64,000 bases of DNA. It comes from an uncultured virus (IMG/VR IMGVR_UViG_3300032092_000024) (taxonomy: Duplodnaviria > Heunggongvirae > Uroviricota > Caudoviricetes). Both the position numbers and the translations under genes were made by a program. Shown piece after piece: positions 55,601 to 63,220 of the stretch. The DNA is taken from the IMG/VR virus record IMGVR_UViG_3300032092_000024; one strand, 5' to 3'. The notes beneath the pieces are model-generated. The model made no database searches. It was not told the origin of the DNA and was given only the letters and a program-made list of their open reading frames with translations. Position 1 is the stretch's first letter; each line of letters opens with the position of its first letter.

Positions 55601-58600
55601 TTTTGCATCCTTTCGTACTCCTTTGGTCAATAGAACAAGCGAATCGCGCAGGTTTTTTTGACCACGTTTTTGTATTACTGGGTCGGTTGATTGTTGTGAC
55701 TTGTTAAATTCTTCTTGTATCTTTTCAAGCTTGGCTACGGCTGCGCCATATTGCTTTTCATTTAGATCGTTTTTGAAAAAGTCAATATCAGTCTTAGCGT
55801 CCTTGATCGAAACTTCAGGATTAAATGTGGAAAGCATAACTGCTTCTATGCCTTCAAGCGTACTAATGATTACGTTGGCAGTTTGAGCATCCCTAGAAAT
55901 TGTTATTCCATACCCACCACCATTTGAGTTATCCCCATTCAAAAGATTCTCGTATAAATCGGCATCTATATATGCAAGCTCTTGCGCCAACCGAATCTCT
56001 TTAATAATTGAGGCAACCTGTGCGTCGGTTATGGTGTCGCCTTTCCGCGCTTTGTTTGTTATTTTAGGCTGTACTGGAACGGGAAGATTTCCAGCAGCTT
56101 GTCTCGCCTGGTACTCGGCCTTGACTACTTTTTGGAACTCGGCAAACAACTTGGCGCCACGACGTTTGACCGTCTGTTCTGACATCCCAGAGGCAGCAAC
56201 TGCGCTTTGCAAATTGCGCATCCCAATAGCCCATTCAAAAGAAACGGCATCAATCCCGTTCTTAAGGGATGATCGGAAAGGTATCTTTAACTCTTCTACA
56301 ATAAGCTTTGCTGATTCTTTATACTCGGAATTCTTTGTTTGCTCACCCAAAGTTTCAGCAACCTGATCTTCTAATGGCGCTTTGTCTACAGTCTCTTCTT
56401 GGGTAACTTCGTCTCCACTGGCGGTAGATTGTTCGCTTTGCCCCTCAATAAACTGTACAGCTCCTCCACCAACTCCAGCCCGTAGACGAGGGATAGCCAG
56501 CTCAAAGAAATCCCCAAGCTCAAACTTAAAGACTGTGCTTAAAGTTACTTTCTTATTCTGTCGCATCAAATCTTGGGCATTAGCAACAATCGCAGATCTG
56601 ATTTGGTCTCCCGCGTCGAAACCTTTATACTTATCAAACCGAGGACTATTATTAAAGTAGTCTTGTTGCCTATTGCTATAGGCTATGATGACTTCATTAG
56701 GCGTCATCAGGAAATCACCCGTCTCACTGATCGCCCCAAGGTCTTCAAGGAGAGCAAAAGTACTTGCGTTATTGAGGTCAAATACTTCGCCCAATCCAAT
56801 TGTGTTGTCTTCTAAAGGATGGGGCTTGGAGTTTGCTAGCCTTACTTGAACCGCACCCCCGGGTTTATTGGAGGCCAAGATGGCTTCACCTCGCTCGATC
56901 AACTTGCCGTTTCCATATTTCTCTCTGGTCTTCTCTTCCTGTTCGTCGGCAGAACGATCATTTTCAGCTGCTACTCTGGCCTTTTCTTTTTCTTTTATAC
57001 TTTCTGCCCGCACGTTTACCCCCTCCAATTCTTTTTGTTTGGCGGCCCGATCCGGTCCGGGGGGAAGTTTATCAATTTCTTCCTGTAATTTAACGGCCTG
57101 CTGTTTATTATTATAAACATCTTCTCTTAACTTTTTACGGAAAGCTTTTTGTTCGATTGCTTTTTGATCTTCAGCGGGAACTTCTTCAGGTCTATTTTCA
57201 ACATTTCCTTCTTCCGGGTATGTTTTTGCAAGATCATTTAATTCATCTAAACTTTTTGCGTCGTAAACAATATCGTACATTTGATCTAATTGTTCCTGAG
57301 AATAGCCACCGGACTCTTCGCGCTTCCTTAAAAATTCATCTTTGTCGTTGGGTAATATTTCGGTAGGGTCAGATTCCCCGTACCAAACCCCATCAGAATC
57401 TCTGACACCTAGAACTGTATAAACACCCGTATTCTTATCTTCCTTTGCGTAGACATCTCGATTGCCGTTCGCCCATTCCTTAAATCGGTTGGTATCTTCG
57501 CTCGGTTTGAATCTCAATGGGGTTTCGTCTTGGCCCATCGAATCAATCATGGATTGAAGCAAGGTTTGAGTTTCTTCCTCGTTAGTGGGAATATCTTTAA
57601 ACGTGAGGGCTGCTGGCTCGACGTCCACGTACCGGGGCTTGGTCGGTTGAGTCTTGGGGGCTTCGGTTACTGGAGTGACGGGTTGTTCACTCGTAATAGC
57701 GGGGGCAACAGTTTCAGAAGGGGCAATAGGGGCGGTGGGTTCTTCGACTTTCTGCGTAAGTTCTTCGGCAATACGTTCGCCTTCAGCGGTGACGTCCATT
57801 CCAACTTGTTCTGTTTGTTCGGTCAGTACTTTATGAGTTTCAGGAGAAATTGAGGGATCAACTTTATCCAAAGCAGCTTTAAGGCGAACACCTTTTTCAA
57901 CACTAGTGAACAACTGAGTAAACTGGGGTTCAATGTTATTCCGCAAGGATTCAATCTGAGCCTGCTTGGTTTCGTCGTCTAAGCCAGGGTCATTGACAAC
58001 TGCTGAAATCTGATCGCGGTAAGCAACTGCTTTGTATTGGTTAACCAGATATTGAATCTGTCTGTAATTGGATCGGAATCCAAGGGCTCGCATTCCAAGC
58101 CCGGCGCCACCGGCCGCGGCAAGAGACTCGGCCATCCGGGCAACAGGATCTTGAGCGGTCAGAATGTTCTGGATAACGTCAGAAGTAAATTCCCCGGCAG
58201 TCATGGCGCCGGCTCCCAAAGCGTAGGTCGCCAAAGCTCCGGCTAAAGGTTTGTTCTTTAGTACTGACCCTTTCGCAAAATCGGAAGCGAACGCGCGCAT
58301 AGCTCCGTCTTCGATGCCCCTTTGACTCAACTCTTCCGCCAAGGCCATGGAAATGCCCTCTGATCCGATAGATGCCAATCGATCGTACCAAGGGAGATCG
58401 CGAGGATCATTCTTCAATGATTGGCTCGTTCCCAGTGTTCCATAGAGAGCGGCTCTAGATAAGGGGGTAGCTGTCTTTTCGGTTCCAGCTGCGGTCTTGG
58501 CCAAGCTTTGCGCTAGTTCTTTTCCGAATAACTCTTCAGCTCCGGCGACGGCTTCAGCTTTACCAACAGCGCCAAACGCTTTGGCCGCAAGTCCACCACC

Positions 58601-59533
58601 CAAAGCAAACTGAGACACGGAGCCAAGAACAGAACCTGCAAGTGTTGACCCGAGATAGTCTTTCCCAACAACCTCGTTAATTGCTTCGGTTAACGCCGCT
58701 CGTTTTGCAACCTGATCGAAATCTTTTTCGTCAATTACGATGTCGCCTACTCCGATGAAAGGAAGGAAAGTATCACCAGTATTTACTGCGAAGTTACGAA
58801 GTCCTGCTGTTCCGAGGGCTTTACGACGATCGCTTTTAAGATCTTTAAGATATTCCTGCGCTCGGCCAATCGTCATCCCCGCGGTAAATAGAGTTCCTTT
58901 CTTGGCCCCAAACTCGATCAAATCCCCATCCTCTTGCGCGATAATCTTTCCTTCGTCGAGTTCTTTTTTATAGTCTGCGCCACGGGATAGGGATCTTTGA
59001 ATATCATCGGGGTCAGTTAATTCGCCTATGTATTGGCGGGCCGTAAAAGCATGTTGGAGAGATTCAATATCTTTCTCATCAAGTCCAGCAGCATATTGCA
59101 AACCTGCCTGAGTTTGACGGCCTATAGCTTTGGCCGTTCCCCAAAGCTGTTGTAGTAGACTTGGATCTTTCCCGGTGTCCCTGGAAATCTGACCCATTTC
59201 CTTGGCGTAGTCCAAGGTAACTTGGTTGCTCTGCTTTTTAAAATACTCCGAGCTGTCGGGGGAACGATTAAATAAAATACCAGGATTTAAAAGACCCGAT
59301 CCTTTAGTGGTTGGGTTATCGCGAGCCTGCTGGAATACTTTACCAAGATCCCCCATATTAGGGATCTGAGATAGATTGCCTCCCACCGCCCCGTCATCTG
59401 GATTAAACGTAAGCTCCTGCTCAGGAGGCGTAAGCTCCAGAACTTCATCCTGCATTGGCTCCGGCTGGTTGATCTGCTCGGGGGCGAAAGAGGATGGTTC
59501 TTCGATTGGGTTAAGCGGATCGATGGGGGGCAT
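46667..59533 (-). CDS. 4288-aa polyvalent (DarB-like) protein with SF2 helicase and ADP-ribosyltransferase-like domains
   Basis: GPGTGKS, DEHQ, SGTP, Q...R..R; VWHGT...HFG...GYDGVIY...YIVF...QIK; long helical flanks. Confidence 0.8.
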   Translation of the reverse strand: MPPIDPLNPIEEPSSFAPEQINQPEPMQDEVLELTPPEQELTFNPDDGAVGGNLSQIPNMGDLGKVFQQARDNPTTKGSGLLNPGILFNRSPDSSEYFKKQSNQVTLDYAKEMGQISRDTGKDPSLLQQLWGTAKAIGRQTQAGLQYAAGLDEKDIESLQHAFTARQYIGELTDPDDIQRSLSRGADYKKELDEGKIIAQEDGDLIEFGAKKGTLFTAGMTIGRAQEYLKDLKSDRRKALGTAGLRNFAVNTGDTFLPFIGVGDIVIDEKDFDQVAKRAALTEAINEVVGKDYLGSTLAGSVLGSVSQFALGGGLAAKAFGAVGKAEAVAGAEELFGKELAQSLAKTAAGTEKTATPLSRAALYGTLGTSQSLKNDPRDLPWYDRLASIGSEGISMALAEELSQRGIEDGAMRAFASDFAKGSVLKNKPLAGALATYALGAGAMTAGEFTSDVIQNILTAQDPVARMAESLAAAGGAGLGMRALGFRSNYRQIQYLVNQYKAVAYRDQISAVVNDPGLDDETKQAQIESLRNNIEPQFTQLFTSVEKGVRLKAALDKVDPSISPETHKVLTEQTEQVGMDVTAEGERIAEELTQKVEEPTAPIAPSETVAPAITSEQPVTPVTEAPKTQPTKPRYVDVEPAALTFKDIPTNEEETQTLLQSMIDSMGQDETPLRFKPSEDTNRFKEWANGNRDVYAKEDKNTGVYTVLGVRDSDGVWYGESDPTEILPNDKDEFLRKREESGGYSQEQLDQMYDIVYDAKSLDELNDLAKTYPEEGNVENRPEEVPAEDQKAIEQKAFRKKLREDVYNNKQQAVKLQEEIDKLPPGPDRAAKQKELEGVNVRAESIKEKEKARVAAENDRSADEQEEKTREKYGNGKLIERGEAILASNKPGGAVQVRLANSKPHPLEDNTIGLGEVFDLNNASTFALLEDLGAISETGDFLMTPNEVIIAYSNRQQDYFNNSPRFDKYKGFDAGDQIRSAIVANAQDLMRQNKKVTLSTVFKFELGDFFELAIPRLRAGVGGGAVQFIEGQSEQSTASGDEVTQEETVDKAPLEDQVAETLGEQTKNSEYKESAKLIVEELKIPFRSSLKNGIDAVSFEWAIGMRNLQSAVAASGMSEQTVKRRGAKLFAEFQKVVKAEYQARQAAGNLPVPVQPKITNKARKGDTITDAQVASIIKEIRLAQELAYIDADLYENLLNGDNSNGGGYGITISRDAQTANVIISTLEGIEAVMLSTFNPEVSIKDAKTDIDFFKNDLNEKQYGAAVAKLEKIQEEFNKSQQSTDPVIQKRGQKNLRDSLVLLTKGVRKDAKYETAEDEAARNSDERAVKNLSKRTKGVVSPTVITTETAGTTQPEPSAVTRPEGKQPTQKPAGGDAVAEAGESGQLPNSGGVVGTEAVGVRGKGPALPKKFVFPFGAHSQINPNVRKTISPATLQILFKEQIYDLVSAISAMDESQQRAFLLANGPGTGKSFVLMGAAKHYAEQGKKVIYISSATSFKNIDWLNSRVEGSIATAAEALGVPLVVRGAKEGPGLTELFPGKVVVTTYNYIDDVAKVVRENPDAVVLFDEHQSVRGVHKAQEKGQKEAPLALEISLLADKVLFASGTPFEKPEQLKAYERLGIFDKASFDQVMTGLGQVKAKLGKSNRSTWIADPALSLEELDDRQSKLLKGLSSIGLFSSRSFSLEGGVTVNRVDVPVSEEAKERLDFIRQKYPNPETPGAEINLIISQRRALEEFKVNAACDLIEKEVALGRQVVLYVSYVKDSEINNPVTDEYILGLKGTADLIRKELARRKSAAVVAELHGEAKGPKGQDKQSIDLFNKQNADVLITTLNKGGVGIELDDKFGPANGGRRRSIIMLTPSVTAIDTVQGIYRAWRLDTASPVDVYMLISDTDADQWALDRHSARIRSLNATMEAGFDKLDVNDNPINKPTFKPEPTQVEGAKTQTIKIEPAPKAETPTSRLENQVTAALQEVYPDGNYNVEFDNEADGVGMAFPGDSDEDDKIVINPEGILAAVAQYELTEEQAREYIAKILAEEIIHVEDFRNSRARGEDVVQENTRLGSMMSLGLRRLVAELYYIKHGIPINNEAAQKNVNDLMNDPFLIALEYKRILTQLRTFGKTTEISAIGQNRQEAVRAYNLIKTMTVGENTGFIEKLLEWLKNFIDTLSGVGTKLGTSKAPNAQALRSALEEVRKDLENLVSEISPKEEVFTGESPNALRQPTKLDFGDLRLYRQINNFLEGNLATGILGVMPANDNARTMPIAQWLNALTGAFNGGLITKEEYMIYKAATEMALRDGKASLYVINNNALKVTEDLTETPLEEGGIVLPVEAFVPFTKSPVSVNRQVDNMKKAGVTVAGIIESLPKPSRDEVQARIDSLEESEPLEQDTSTEAWQLNALKLIIDDIDVLGDDRSGAFPIINVETGEESKEAKAERAQWMKMRKEVLALREKIAAFNDGESPAEQNENAIYKAAVLSQNILLAQKIVDDNLKAEGFNLVGVWHGTSAEAFPAFSTDPKQVFESTSSTKSPQFGAHFGSRFEQAESSGKNVYRAAIKLVNPIRLEDPKNGKWNFDSIAPQLLASNTITQEEYDAIANLRKTGGFRESALQRILIQKGYDGVIYTNNFEGKIADEAAGRTFVPSDSYIVFSNTQIKQADPIVRDNRGTVIDIKQRFPRRAAVGSSPVSLRVTEQEKAEYDKAIANNQFGLAGKIFEKAALRFARPYPSTNYANTPLAYVGFKADGTDNQMYDQAQYSTEIVVVVKFDGQEPFIDGMKGLNFQHALERARRNWEGAVILPVAIGSADPVTFDSNNNPIPLDQRLKPDPRIHTVDLRLMSTPAKPFIRYNLALPGYEVVSGVEKTPNQALVSTINTLYKTNKNQPITFEGESYPLEKRKLLYYRIQNSTSYAYVFSKVGPVRGAGASPAGRIEYSKAVNKLADLQANPEIEHYMRNAAEYKQQPKEVLMQKARDFVELHGVEQTVSLLLADNLAIPFSLETAIALQVVSDLNARADEDPDAAEDMANLQIFLTKKYFTEAGRSVELAKVFNIVAGKPTAMNFVINKTLEQAAKHRIEPYLPELNDIDLSLANANGKAVNELLSNPGVKKVIDKLEELTPKTPTSGRVSGLLEALRRANQDQVVIESLQRFKRRLGKVSAASRPDDEIRLNKDAINDLAEALLAHINIVSQVDPEAVDVLFEDFSALRSYYEKMGLTTDEIENYGKAAAISVQEKLTQQVNKLQYPVRTLEESEEKFREVSKQTKAKKKVVVAPTGNTARDYGIAFAKTLANIAANLDKEPVKAQMMTLFKKDFERNIRQEIKRLGGLQEKYERPAPPTAGEKFKGRIANLPFFQRALDQAISTLRTDYTEDQVEALEPLIDGALDFPLTVSDFKAALNSKDNIQSGVSVNIKNLIRQSNGDVVRFGKNFQDAMLKDTNLSDEDTQKVKRYLMGALRETIRLERIRELESIKRRMEKRAEKKTRKIRSALDRLIEATNLGALRDDELFSMIRQSIGLPEITAEVRAEIDKRVKNLARRPEGMLRQQALNDLLGFIKTSAPIAWGDMLVDFQTFNLLASVSTLGVNTYGGTVQVLTDVGLMALTNGVEGLFGNTAAGKAGFNGIARLFQVALPKWMGGEGLAWDAMNVIRKGDLSAAQDMASGDYSTVNMFQAMKQKIDNVRKGKLSVEDAYQEINLPFGLKFSLPLNPFTATGKVVDSLLSPPVWVSQAMAMGDAFNKLGAKKAMEIAEAYRLAGQKYSDPAELDAEAMRLLNYTPEARNMAIAQAEEEAERFNLNPFQKAMRVEEIIEQGRDQAGQQLTDLASQYAKRSTFTNDFEGSIGRVLSGLQTFARTNHWSARTIFKFLKTASSLTNESLNWIPAWSLKRLIVGAGTLTEKGSKFRTEAPTPGTNAYNIQVGKVVLGHAAFAILLAVLRSAGAWGPDREDDPDFMIHNNGPDDPAQAKAFRAAGGRGKSIQIGSFKSGNARFISWETLPFGLVGFLMPLAIVVEAQRYSKRSDAEALTTAAAAALPMVGFGFLDLAFMNGLKRVFNAAYPQQQGAEGRLKAFSDFVGNLGATTFVPAYATLRDLESTLDGLMQTPSGKPAQVGITSAFLRSIPFATSIPGADKIARPDLTMLGTPIKVPLLRGIPLAKRAFSLGADINSADPEERVFALLAAKRVGIDWSPSSLSDIAVKEVQDKIASGSIAPGQAQRELSNAVFLGKRLSGEEKYDWMQLAGPDMVKVLSNPRIFNLILNTEDPNVIREIVSRVTNPVKKAALMRTQLERMQKQQGLKQ

Positions 59534-59549
59534 AGTTAAAGCTCATGTA

Positions 59550-61100
59550 TTACTCTGACCTGCCCGCAATATTACCGACTCCGGAACCAGTTGTCTCCTT
59601 ATTTTTTCGAGAAAGTAAGCCATTGTACCCACCCGTTTGGGCGTAATAAGTATCGTAATATTGTTTGATTGTCATCGTCTTTCCTGTCTTAGTATCCTTA
59701 ATTGTGCTGTTGGGGCTACGAGAAAGAGCGATCTGATCCTGCTGGCTAAGATTCGAAGTTGGGGTTACGGCGGAAGGCTGTTGCGCTACTTGTGTTTGAG
59801 CCCGAACAGGAGGAGTGGTCCTGACGTAATTCAAAGAAGGCGCTGGTTGTTTAGTATTCGAAGTGGTTTTGCCTGTGGTAGCTGGAATAGCTGATGCTCC
59901 CTGAACGAGGAACTGGTCAAATAGACTCTGATTGGGGAGTTTGAGTTTATTTCTGGCAAACCATTCTTGAACTGCTTTTTTGGAAGCTTTAGTGCGAGCT
60001 CCAGTTCTAGGATTGATTGTGCCATCATCGCCAATTTCTTCTTCCAAAGAAGGGGGCGGGTCGGACCAAGTTACTCCACCCTCCGTTTGAACCGCCTGAT
60101 CGGGATACATTTTGACCAAAGCTGAAGCTAGGTTATGCATCGCAATATCATCTTTTTCTAGAGCTTTAATTGCTTTTGATTTGTTATACACCAAAGCAAA
60201 ATTCTTGATATCTTCAAAATAGCCGGGGGAAGTGCCACGAATTTCGGGGGGATATTTGGCCATGATTTTATCGAATTGCTCCTGCCCATCCCCAAGAGAT
60301 TTAAATGTCCCTAGCTGGACAAGGGATGCCATTGATGAAGCATCTTCATCGCTCATTAATTTTGCGTGGGCAGCCCGAGCGTTGTTAATGTTTTCTTGCA
60401 ACATCTTTCTAATTCCTGGGTCAGTATTTCGGAGTTGGCTGTAACTAGTTGTTAAATCTTTCGTGGCCAAATCCAATTCGGTAGGAGTCATGGTTTCAAG
60501 ATTGAGGGACATCGGGGAAGAGGCAATTGCATATGCCTGATCTTGTGTCTTAAGATTTATATTTTCTTGCTCCATTGCTCGTTGAGTATTCACGGCTTCT
60601 TTAGCTGCTTTCGCGGTCTTTAAATACTCAGCTGTGTTTTGCATTGTCTGGCTGGCTTTTAAGCTAGCTTCCTGAATTTTATACGGGTCACCACTGCTAT
60701 ACGCCGTCTCAAGTTCGTTCTGCATAACGGAAGAGTTTTCTTCTTGGAGCCGTTTACGCTCTTCCTCTTTGGCTTTAATTAATTCTTTTTGCCTGTCAAA
60801 ATCAAACTTACGTTCAGCTAAATCGTTCTCAAAACTTTTTTGCATCATCCCGGAACGATATTGTTCTAGCTGGCGGGCGTTATCAATGCTTGCCGCCTGG
60901 ATTCTTTGTGAATCTAGATCGGCTTGGCGCGCCGAGTTCTCGCGTTGGGCCGCAAGTTGAGCATAACCCAAACCAATCTGGGCTTGAGCCTGCTCATTCT
61001 GCTGGAAAAGCTGCTGCTTTTTTAGGTAATTGTCACGAAGATCACCAATAATCCCTCGGACTTGACTTACGTAATCGGGGGCATTTGGAGAGAGGGCCAT
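59550..61100 (-). CDS. Internal virion/ejection protein
   Basis: 516 aa, Q/E/K-rich coiled coil, upstream of the giant gene. Confidence 0.55.
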   Translation of the reverse strand: MALSPNAPDYVSQVRGIIGDLRDNYLKKQQLFQQNEQAQAQIGLGYAQLAAQRENSARQADLDSQRIQAASIDNARQLEQYRSGMMQKSFENDLAERKFDFDRQKELIKAKEEERKRLQEENSSVMQNELETAYSSGDPYKIQEASLKASQTMQNTAEYLKTAKAAKEAVNTQRAMEQENINLKTQDQAYAIASSPMSLNLETMTPTELDLATKDLTTSYSQLRNTDPGIRKMLQENINNARAAHAKLMSDEDASSMASLVQLGTFKSLGDGQEQFDKIMAKYPPEIRGTSPGYFEDIKNFALVYNKSKAIKALEKDDIAMHNLASALVKMYPDQAVQTEGGVTWSDPPPSLEEEIGDDGTINPRTGARTKASKKAVQEWFARNKLKLPNQSLFDQFLVQGASAIPATTGKTTSNTKQPAPSLNYVRTTPPVRAQTQVAQQPSAVTPTSNLSQQDQIALSRSPNSTIKDTKTGKTMTIKQYYDTYYAQTGGYNGLLSRKNKETTGSGVGNIAGRSE

Positions 61101-61176
61101 ATAGCAGATATACTAGCAACACCAAATTCCATGTCTAGTGCTTCTTTGAAATCCTAAAATATTCATCTTAAAATTT

Positions 61177-62124
61177 TTATCCAAAACTACTTCCGCGTCG
61201 TGCATATTGTCTGGCATTGGCCTCGGCATTCCGTATCCATTCTTCATCTACTCTATTCTTATTCTTATCGGACGAGTGACCGATCAAATCCTGACCAGCT
61301 TCCACACGTCTCCTATTCTCTGCGGCTCGTACTTCTCCTACATGCATAGGACTAGTCGCTTGCCTAATCCGTTCTTGTTTTTTAAAAGCTATTGTATCGG
61401 GAGAATCCGGCCGAGTTGCCGAATAAGTTCCGGGGGTATAGCCAACATACATCCCTTTCTGAATATCAAATTGTCCGGGCTTCGGTTGTGATTGATACTC
61501 ATTCATAATGTTTTGATTTTGAATATCTAAATTAGTTTTCATTCGGTTTGCCTCAGTTCTAAACACTAAATTCGGGTCAATTTGGTTCATAGCTTTCATA
61601 GCCTGAGATGAAATTTGAACACTTTGCCCTAATAAAGCAGCCCCTTGTTGTTTGACTTGCAAAGAACTCAAACCAAAATCTCGAGCTAGCAGATTTCTGC
61701 CCATGCCAGATCTGCCGCCAAATCCGCCGCTAAATCCTAGGGCGGCTGTATTTCTGCCAATTTCTCCAACCATATCCCTTCCAAGTTGACCCGTTGCCAT
61801 CTGAGCCCCGGACGCTGATAAAGCCTTAAGCCCAGCCTCCAGGTCGGGGTTCATCTCTTGAAATTGTTGGCGAAATGGAGCGTTAGCCTCATAAGCTTTC
61901 TTCCCCATGTCGCCATAGTCCAAAGATAATTCTTTTAAGGTCGGAGCTTTCCCTAAATAAAAATCCATTGGTGGCTCCTCTGGCGGTTCCCGCCAAAGCC
62001 AAGAAGCACTTAATGTTGGCCCGCGACCTACCCCAGATCCTCCGCCTTTTCTAGGTGTTGAAATACCGCTTATCCCGGGTCCATATTTACTGTCACCGGG
62101 GAAGGTACCTGGAGTCAGGCTCAT
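61177..62124 (-). CDS. Internal virion/pilot-like protein, paralog B
   Basis: G/Q/M-rich; likely start ATG 62124; shares blocks with 62145..63218. Confidence 0.55.
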   Translation of the reverse strand: MSLTPGTFPGDSKYGPGISGISTPRKGGGSGVGRGPTLSASWLWREPPEEPPMDFYLGKAPTLKELSLDYGDMGKKAYEANAPFRQQFQEMNPDLEAGLKALSASGAQMATGQLGRDMVGEIGRNTAALGFSGGFGGRSGMGRNLLARDFGLSSLQVKQQGAALLGQSVQISSQAMKAMNQIDPNLVFRTEANRMKTNLDIQNQNIMNEYQSQPKPGQFDIQKGMYVGYTPGTYSATRPDSPDTIAFKKQERIRQATSPMHVGEVRAAENRRRVEAGQDLIGHSSDKNKNRVDEEWIRNAEANARQYARRGSSFG

Positions 62125-62144
62125 ATACTTTCCTTCATGCTCTA

Positions 62145-63218
62145 TTAAGAATATTGTGGTACGTATGCGCTTCCAGTCCAATTTGATGCCTTTTCCCTAA
62201 TCGCGGCATTCTCTCTGTCTATTTGGGCGTTACGGGCCTCCTCTCGTGCAAGCCAATTGCCACCAGCAAACATTCCTTGGCTCTTTGGTTTTTCTATAAA
62301 TGTTGTGCCAGGTAAAAGAGGACGTGTATCTGAATATTGACCGGGAGTAAAGGATACATACTTGCCTTTTTGAATATCAAATTGGCCGGGCAATGCTTGG
62401 CTCTGCCAAGCATTAAGAAGATTTTGATTTCCTATCTGTTGATTTATAGAAGCTTCATTCGCTGCTGTTGAGAATATCTCAGTGGCTGAGACCGGCATCA
62501 TTGCGGTCATTGCTTGTTGTGCCAACCCTGTAGCTTGTGCTAACAAATTAGCGCCCTGCTGTTGGGCCTGAATAACGCTTATTCCCACATCCCTAGCTAG
62601 TCTTGCGCGTCCAGCCCCGGATCTTCCGCCAAGTCCACTTCCAAAACCAAGTAAAGCATTGGTCCGTCCGAGCTCACCCATTGCCTCTCGCCCAATTTGA
62701 CCGGTTGCGTAAGTTGCTCCCGCCTGAGATAAGGCTCTGGTACCAGCTTCTGCCATAGGGTTAAATTGTCTAAACTGGTCTGCAAAAGGTTTATTCACCT
62801 CCATGACGCGTTTTCCCATTTGACTATAATCTAAATTCAATTCTTTTAGGGTTGGCGCTGGTCCTAAATTAAACTCAACAGGTGTGGCAGCTTGTTGCTG
62901 CTGCTGTTGTGGCATTATATACCCTCCTCCTCCCCCTCCTCCACTGGGTTTTTTGGCGGGGGTAGAAAATCCGCTTACTTTGTTTCCACTCTCATCTACG
63001 TATCCACCCCCTTCTAATTTTCTATATATATGCCCATTGGCCCCTTGTATTTCTGGACCATAAGCTGCTTGGGCGGGTTTATTGCCAATTCCAAATTGGC
63101 TCCCAGTATTTACACCTGGAACTCCGCTCTGAAGACTACCTCTATTAGATTGGTCCGCTGACTTAAAAAGTCCGGCTGTACTGCTTGGTGCTCGTGAAGC
63201 TGAAAATTGTACTGCCAT
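62145..63218 (-). CDS. Internal virion/pilot-like protein, paralog A
   Basis: G/Q/A-rich; LG.APTLKEL.LDY and PGQFDIQKG shared with paralog B. Confidence 0.55.
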   Translation of the reverse strand: MAVQFSASRAPSSTAGLFKSADQSNRGSLQSGVPGVNTGSQFGIGNKPAQAAYGPEIQGANGHIYRKLEGGGYVDESGNKVSGFSTPAKKPSGGGGGGGYIMPQQQQQQAATPVEFNLGPAPTLKELNLDYSQMGKRVMEVNKPFADQFRQFNPMAEAGTRALSQAGATYATGQIGREAMGELGRTNALLGFGSGLGGRSGAGRARLARDVGISVIQAQQQGANLLAQATGLAQQAMTAMMPVSATEIFSTAANEASINQQIGNQNLLNAWQSQALPGQFDIQKGKYVSFTPGQYSDTRPLLPGTTFIEKPKSQGMFAGGNWLAREEARNAQIDRENAAIREKASNWTGSAYVPQYS

Positions 63219-63220
63219 AA

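Noticed and set aside
46667..59533. Virion RNA polymerase (N4- or crAss-like) identity for the giant protein
   Set aside because: I found no DxDGD/DFDID or T7-type RNAP motifs; helicase and ART-like motifs explain the recognisable parts.
46731..59558. Many plus-strand ORFs up to 277 aa opposite the giant gene
   Set aside because: Antisense shadows of a long coding frame with no recognisable motifs; the same applies to 5061..5765 and 32224..32907.
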